From positions 259,222,001 through 259,286,000 of the forward strand of contig OZ024740.1 of assembly GCA_964016885.1 (NCBI GenBank): a stretch of DNA of 64,000 nucleotides, read 5' to 3'. Below the pieces are notes generated by a model. That model had not been told where the DNA came from and searched no databases. It saw nothing but the letters and a program-made list of their open reading frames with translations. Origin of the DNA: Eledone cirrhosa. Lineage: Eukaryota. A program made the translations under genes and the position numbers. This document shows positions 57,207 through 64,000 of the stretch, in pieces (positions within the stretch are counted from its first letter, which is position 1; the number at the start of each line of letters is the position of its first letter).

Positions 57207-57817
57207 GATGTATGTATGCGTGGGTGAGTGTGCGTTTATATGGATAGCTCGTTATGGATGTTGTATACATCTTTTTATATGTATATCTCGTTCCTTCTCT
57301 CCAAGAATCCATCTATCTGTCTGTCTACACGTCTATCTATTTACTTGTGTGCCCTTGTGGCAAATAAAGAAACATTGTCTATCTCTACATATCTACACAT
57401 CTATCCAGCTATCTACCTAACTATCTATCTATCTTATCTATCCCCCCCCTCTCTCTCCATCTATCTACCTAACTATCTATCTATCTTATCTATCCCCCCC
57501 TCTCTCTCCATCTATCTACCTATCTATCTTATCTATCCCCCCCCTCTCTCTATCTATCTACCTATCTATCTATATCTATCTATCTACCTTTCTATCTATC
57601 TATATATCTATCTAACTACCTACCTATCTATCCATCTATCTATATCTATCTATCTAACTACCTATCTACCTATCTATCTATTTATCTATCTATCTATCTG
57701 TCGAAATAAAGAAACATATCTATCTGTCTATCTATCTGTCTATCTACCTATCTATCTGTCTATCTGTCTGTCTGTCTATCTGTCTGTCTGTCTATCTCTA
57801 TATGTGTCTGTACCCAC

Positions 57818-57964
57818 CAGCTTGAAGCTCTCCGACAGTGTTTGTTGGACCATAATTCCTGTATTATATCTGAAGATGTTAGCACAGCATCTGTTGTTGG
57901 GTGTTTATTATCAGTGCTCCCCCACTGTCCCCAACTGCCCCCGTTGCTCTTTACTGACACACAT
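57818..57964 (-). CDS. Candidate coding exon ([48 protein letters not shown])
   Basis: Unique open-frame island between microsatellites with an AG acceptor and possible GT donors. Boundaries uncertain. Confidence 0.4.
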
Positions 57965-58062
57965 CTAACACATATTTTTATATTTATACAATGAAAAACA
58001 ACTAAGTTGTTATATAGATAGCTATAGAGATAGATAGATAGCTATAGATAGATAGATAGATG

Positions 58063-58158
<96 letters not shown>

Positions 58159-58445
58159 CAGTGCTTAGATATTGCCTGGAGAGATGGACACAGTGTGTTG
58201 ATCTTGGGCTGATCAATTGCGAAACGCTCGTCACGTATAAATAAAATATGTATGAGATGCTAAATTGATTCTTCATTCCCGCTCGTTTATTGTTAACTCT
58301 CTGTATGTTACAGCTACCAATAACAAGTGGCGACTCAAACGACTAATCCTATATCGGTAGTTGGATCAACATAATAGCATTGAGTGCTCAAACAGGTGGA
58401 TTACCAGTAACTTAGCGTTACACACCATCCAACCATATATATATG

Positions 58446-58546
<101 letters not shown>

Positions 58547-58787
58547 TATATACATATATATATATATATATATAATATATATATATGTAGGAGGTGAGTT
58601 TTATTGTAGTACAATAAAGCAATGCAGATCTTATATTATAATATATATATATATATGTATAAAATATATATATATGTATGTATATATATATATATTATAT
58701 ACATATATAAATATATATGTACACACGCATACATAAATTTATATAGGATATAGATCGATATAGGGAGAGCGTGGTGAGAGAGAGAGA

Positions 58788-58841
<54 letters not shown>

Positions 58842-58940
58842 CGTGGTGACTTAAACACCTGTTATTTTTCTTCTTTTTTTTCGTTTCTGCCACTACCCAC
58901 TCTCCTCTATCTTTCTATTTCTGCTTTAAGTTCTCATTCT

Positions 58941-58977
58941 ATTTTCTGATGAAGGACTAGCGTTCGAAACGTTAAGA
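58941..58977 (+). ncRNA. Minimal hammerhead ribozyme, family H
   Basis: TTTT-CTGATGA-a-GGACtagcGTTC-GAAA-CG-TT-AAGA. Mutated relatives at about 18668-18705 (-) and 19810-19845. Confidence 0.7.
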
Positions 58978-59078
58978 CACTTTTCCTACTATATCTAACG
59001 TATAACTAATATAATTCTTCATTGTACTGTCTTTTGCTTTGTTATTTTGGGTTGTCTTTCGCATATACATATATATAC

Positions 59079-59111
<33 letters not shown>

Positions 59112-59119
59112 CATATATA

Positions 59120-59312
59120 GGTACGTTATTTCGGGTTGAGTCGGAGGTAACCACAGTAAGGTACTCAATACATTGCAGAGTATAAAGTTTTAATATAGAT
59201 GAGATTCTACAGGACTAGAACTGTTTCATTCTTTAGAAATCATCAGGAATCATCAGGATTCCTGATGATTTCTAAAGAATGAAACAGTTCTAGTCCTGTA
59301 GAATCTCATCTA
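59120..59312. mobile_element. Family C fold-back element with intact HHRs on both strands (59203-59251 -, 59257-59305 +)
   Basis: GATTC-CTGATGA-tTTCtaaaGAAt-GAAA-CAG.ttctagtc.CTG-TA-GAATC on each arm. Confidence 0.85.
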
Positions 59313-59341
59313 TATATACATATATATATATATATATATAA

Positions 59342-59392
<51 letters not shown>

Positions 59393-60205
59393 GGAGGTGA
59401 GTTTTATTGTAGTACAATAAAGCAATGCAGATATCGGATAAGAAGCACTCTACAGTTTGTAGGACTGGAGTATACATAATATATAAGATCAAAAGATGGT
59501 CAAAAGATGGTTAAAATACATGGAACTCTTTTAACCATCTTTTGATCTTATATATATATATATATAAAGAATAAAACCAGGTTTCATATTGAGACTTCTT
59601 CGATTGGGCTAGGTTACGAACGTATACACTCTGCTATATATTAGAGTGCTAATATTGGTACCTTCCTCAGTAAGCCACGAATCTACTGAATCACCAGACT
59701 GGTTTAACGACATTGCCAATACGCCGCCTATATCACCACCACTACCACCACCACCAACATTACACAACCCTACATCTTCCACCACTACCTCTACCACTAC
59801 CTCACCACTATCACTCCACCACCGCTACCACACCAACACCAACATCACATCACCCTATCGCCACAACACAACGAATACCGCTAACTGCTACACTAACACC
59901 AAAACTACGCTACCACAAACACTACAAAACCACTTCCAATACAATCAAAGCAACACCACCACACCACTATCACGACCCCCACCACTGTCACTACATCACC
60001 ACCACCACCACCACCACCAAACCCACTACATCACAACCACCATCTCCACCACCATATCACCAGCAGCACCAGACTTCCCTAAGATCTCGTCTTTGATCAG
60101 CATATCAACCGTATCATTGTACCTTGCCTTAATATAGTCACCATTGATGTAGAATGAGAGAACAGTATTCCTGACAACCTACTAACACACATGCACGCAC
60201 ATATG

Positions 60206-60251
<46 letters not shown>

Positions 60252-60268
60252 CACAGACACACACACAG

Positions 60269-60327
<59 letters not shown>

Positions 60328-60378
60328 TATATATACACATATATACAGACACAAACACACACATATATACACACACAC

Positions 60379-60453
<75 letters not shown>

Positions 60454-60571
60454 TGCATATACATATATGTACATATATGTGTGTGTGTGCGTGTATGTAT
60501 GTATATATGTGTGTGTGTATATAAATATATATGTATATATATATATATATATACACATATATACATATATA

Positions 60572-60830
60572 AGGGTGGACTTATGATCATAATGTCGTGG
60601 GTTCGATTCCTGGACTGGGTTGCGCGTTGTGTTCTTGATCAAAACACTTCATTTCACGTTGCTCCAGTATACTCAGCTGAAAATGAGTACCAGCAATAGC
60701 TGGGGATTTAACCCTGCGACGGACTGGTGTCTTGTCCAAGGGGGAGGCCTGTTCTCTCAGTCGCTTTACGCCATAAAACCAGGATAAGTACCGGCCTAAC
60801 GAGCCTTCTGGCTTAAGACAGACTTTAGCT
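60572..60830 (+). mobile_element. tRNA-derived SINE with S2-like head and a different tail
   Basis: GGTTCGATTCC B-box, CACTTCATTTCACGTTGCTCCAG core, tail CCCTGCGACGGACTGG...GATAAG. Confidence 0.75.
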
Positions 60831-60840
60831 ACATAAATGC

Positions 60841-60926
<86 letters not shown>

Positions 60927-61674
60927 TAAGAACAAAAGATGCTTAAAAGAGTTCCATGTATTTTATTATGCGCATTTCAATATATATATATATATATATA
61001 CAGAGAGAGAGACAGGGGGCGGAGAGGGAGAGGGGAGAGAGAGAGTACTATTCGATTTGTTTGAGGCAATCACAAAGCACTCAATGAATCGAAAATTAAA
61101 AACAAATATTAGGTCCAGAGTAAACACAACAGTTATAGAGTGTGACACAAAGAAAACCGACCGAAGCCTCCGTCATAACTACGATAGATACAGAAAGGTT
61201 TAACTGACCTGGACTATCTCTGGTTGATTAAAATTGATATAATCGATAAAATCTCAGAGAGGTTTCTGGGACCCCTGGAAGTTATATAACAAGTTATACA
61301 AGGCACATGTAATACTGATAATACATGTGTGTACTTCGACGATCGAACTGGAATCCCGTCTTCCGCAGCTTTTATCCAAATTCCGTTATGGCGACAGATT
61401 CACCACTACTTGTAGTTGTAATTTTGTCTGTAGTCACGTGACCTTTCTCAAAGGAGGAGGTCACGGTAGTCGAAATTTTGGCTGTTATTTTAGGGTGTGA
61501 GTACAAAAGAATCCTCAGCCTCAAAAACCAAAGCTCTCCACTAGAATTTGTAAACGAAAGATAACTAAATATAACTAAATCGTCATAGATCAAATACTTG
61601 GGTCTCGGAGAATATATATAACTTTGATAGGTTTCGGCCAGTATTGACCCAGGCCATGTTTAACTTAATAGCAC

Positions 61675-61719
<45 letters not shown>

Positions 61720-61721
<2 letters not shown>

Positions 61722-62236
61722 GTATATGTTGGTTGTATACCAACACCTCAGTATGCAGGCTGGAGCACTCGACGAAGTGCGCAGGTTGGTTTGGTTACTC
61801 CGGAGTAATGTAAAATAAAGTTAAATAAAAAGTCAAATGTTTAAAATTTAGCTTCGTTTATTACTGCTATATATATTTCGGTGACAGCCATCTTTGGCTG
61901 TGACCTCTTCAGGCAGTCCGAATTAGTATGGTATAGACAAGTACATATGTTGTTGATGTGTATAATATTGTCAATACTCTGATATGCCCAGTTCCTGGTT
62001 GGGTTGTTATTTCATACTATTCCAGTTCCTCAGTGAAATAACAACCCAACCAGGAACTGGGCATATCAGAGTATTGACAAAATTATACACCTCAACAACA
62101 TATGTACTTGTCTATACCACACTAATTCGGACTGCCTGAAGAGGTCACAGCCAAAGATGGCTGTCACCGAAATATATATAGCAGTAATAAACGAAGCTAA
62201 ATTTTAAACATTTGACTTGAATATTTTACTTTATTT

Positions 62237-62240
<4 letters not shown>
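61720..62240. mobile_element. Fold-back HHR element, family J, with an HHR on both strands (61863-61917 -, 62131-62185 +)
   Basis: Inverted arms of about 200 bp. ACTGC-CTGAAGA-GGT.ACAGCC...GGCTGT.ACC-GAAA-TATATA-TA-GCAGT. Confidence 0.9.
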
Positions 62241-62334
<94 letters not shown>

Positions 62335-62699
62335 GTTCAAGAATAAACGAGACAAACAAGAATGTAAAAACACAGTCTTGTTAGGTTTACGCATATAATG
62401 TAATAAAACGCCTATCTACCTATATATCGGACTGCCTATCTGTCTCCCTATCCATTAGACGGTTTAGAGAATTCAGTCGGAATTTGAGGGACACGGATTT
62501 TGATACTCTGTAGCAGTTTCTGTCTCTTCTTTTCCGTCTATAGAGGTATTTTATCCGATATTCTAAACAAATAATTCATAGCCATCAACCTTTGTTATGG
62601 TTACTGTTTTCTATCTTCGGATTTTCTACATTTTCTATGAATTTCAAAACTGCCCGACGATTCGATAAGTTTATGTTCGAAATGTTGTTTATATATATA

Positions 62700-62774
<75 letters not shown>

Positions 62775-62936
62775 GTGCGTCTGTGTGTGTGTGTGTGCGT
62801 CTGTGTGTGTGTGTGTGCGTGTATTTTAACTTCTCCACCTCTTCTCACTTCTTACTCTCTCATTTACTCTCTCTCTCTCACTCATCTCTCTCTCATCTCC
62901 CTCTCACCTCTAATTCTCTCTCTCTCACTTTCTCGC

Positions 62937-62996
<60 letters not shown>

Positions 62997-63524
62997 ACTG
63001 TCTCTCATTCTCTCTCTCACTCTCTCTCTTCCCTCTATCAATCCCTCATTCTCTCTCATTCTCTCTCTCTCTCACTCTCTCTCTCTCACTCTCTCTCTCT
63101 CCCTCTCGTGAATTTTTTCTCATCCACCTATGTCTAGTTTGCTCTACTTCACTCATGCATTACTTCTCTCTGGAGATATCCCATGATTCCAACCCCTCAC
63201 CACAATCAACCCCCATCCCCACCATCAATATTAAACTGAGATGTTCACCACATACACCCCACCCCCTCCAGGCTATACAGGGAAAGCTGCCTTTGACGCA
63301 TTGATAACCATCTGTTGCTCTTTGTACCCATACCGCCCCCCTTACAAGAATGTCACTGTATGTACACTACACACACACAATAGATATACACATACATACA
63401 CATATGTATAAATAAATACACACATATATACATATATTTATATGTCTGTGTAAATATATGTATATATACAAACATATATATATAAGTATATATACATACA
63501 TATATATATGTGTGTTGAAACAAA

Positions 63525-63966
63525 TATTGTTATATTTGGGGAGGTTCATATTGATATAATATTGCCAGAAATAATAATAGAACAGAGTCAGTGTTTGGTT
63601 TGGGCTGGTTTTCGCTTCTGTATCTTTTATATCTCCATAGTTTATTTATCTGGCAATCAATGGTTATCATTGATTGACCAACGGTTAGAAATACATTTTT
63701 ATGAAAATGGCGTAGGCATTACAATACAACGGGAAGAAACATAATAGTACCACTGATGATGTCACAGATGTGTGACGAAGAACTTTGATAGACTATATAT
63801 ATATATATATATATATGTGTGTGGGGGGTGTATTTTTAACCGTTGGTCAACCAATGATAAGCATTGATTGCCAGATAAATTAACTATGGAGATATAAAAG
63901 ATGCAGAAGCGAAAACCAATACAAACCAAACAGTGAGTGTGTTCTGTTATTATTTCTGGCAATATT
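63525..63966. mobile_element. Family F element with degenerate HHR (63745-63795) and inverted partial copy (63830-63966)
   Basis: CTGATGA 63753-63759, stem II GTCACA/TGTGAC, core GAAG instead of GAAA. Homologous to 7000-7325. Confidence 0.65.
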
Positions 63967-64000
63967 AGGTGGTGGATTGGCAGTATCGGTAGAGGGTCGG

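Noticed and set aside
61372-61593. 73-aa ORF as a host exon
   Set aside because: No recognisable motif or convincing splice sites, and it lies in a TA-bounded repeat-like block.

Overview
Repeat-dominated animal genomic DNA, AT-rich and full of (TA)n, (CA)n, (TAA)n and (TATC)n tracts. It is most likely an octopus or other coleoid, inferred from the SINE types and microsatellite load. Nearly all ORFs in the supplied track are microsatellite artefacts. Recognisable coding sequence is mostly retroelement-derived: two near-full-length and two truncated Tx1/L1-type LINEs, R4/Dong-like LINEs with a restriction-like endonuclease, a CR1 3' end and a decayed Penelope-like (PLE) RT. There is also a probable spliced host-gene 3' end on the minus strand (53.3-60.2 kb) containing a 32-bp minisatellite. 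The main unexplained signal is non-coding. About 20 complete type I hammerhead ribozyme (HHR) motifs from about 10 sequence families can be folded by eye. They sit in small elements embedded in (TA)n tracts and usually carry a fold-back inverted copy. One is a 310-bp head-to-tail array with one HHR per monomer (retrozyme architecture). All folds and alignments were done by eye, and no database search was run.
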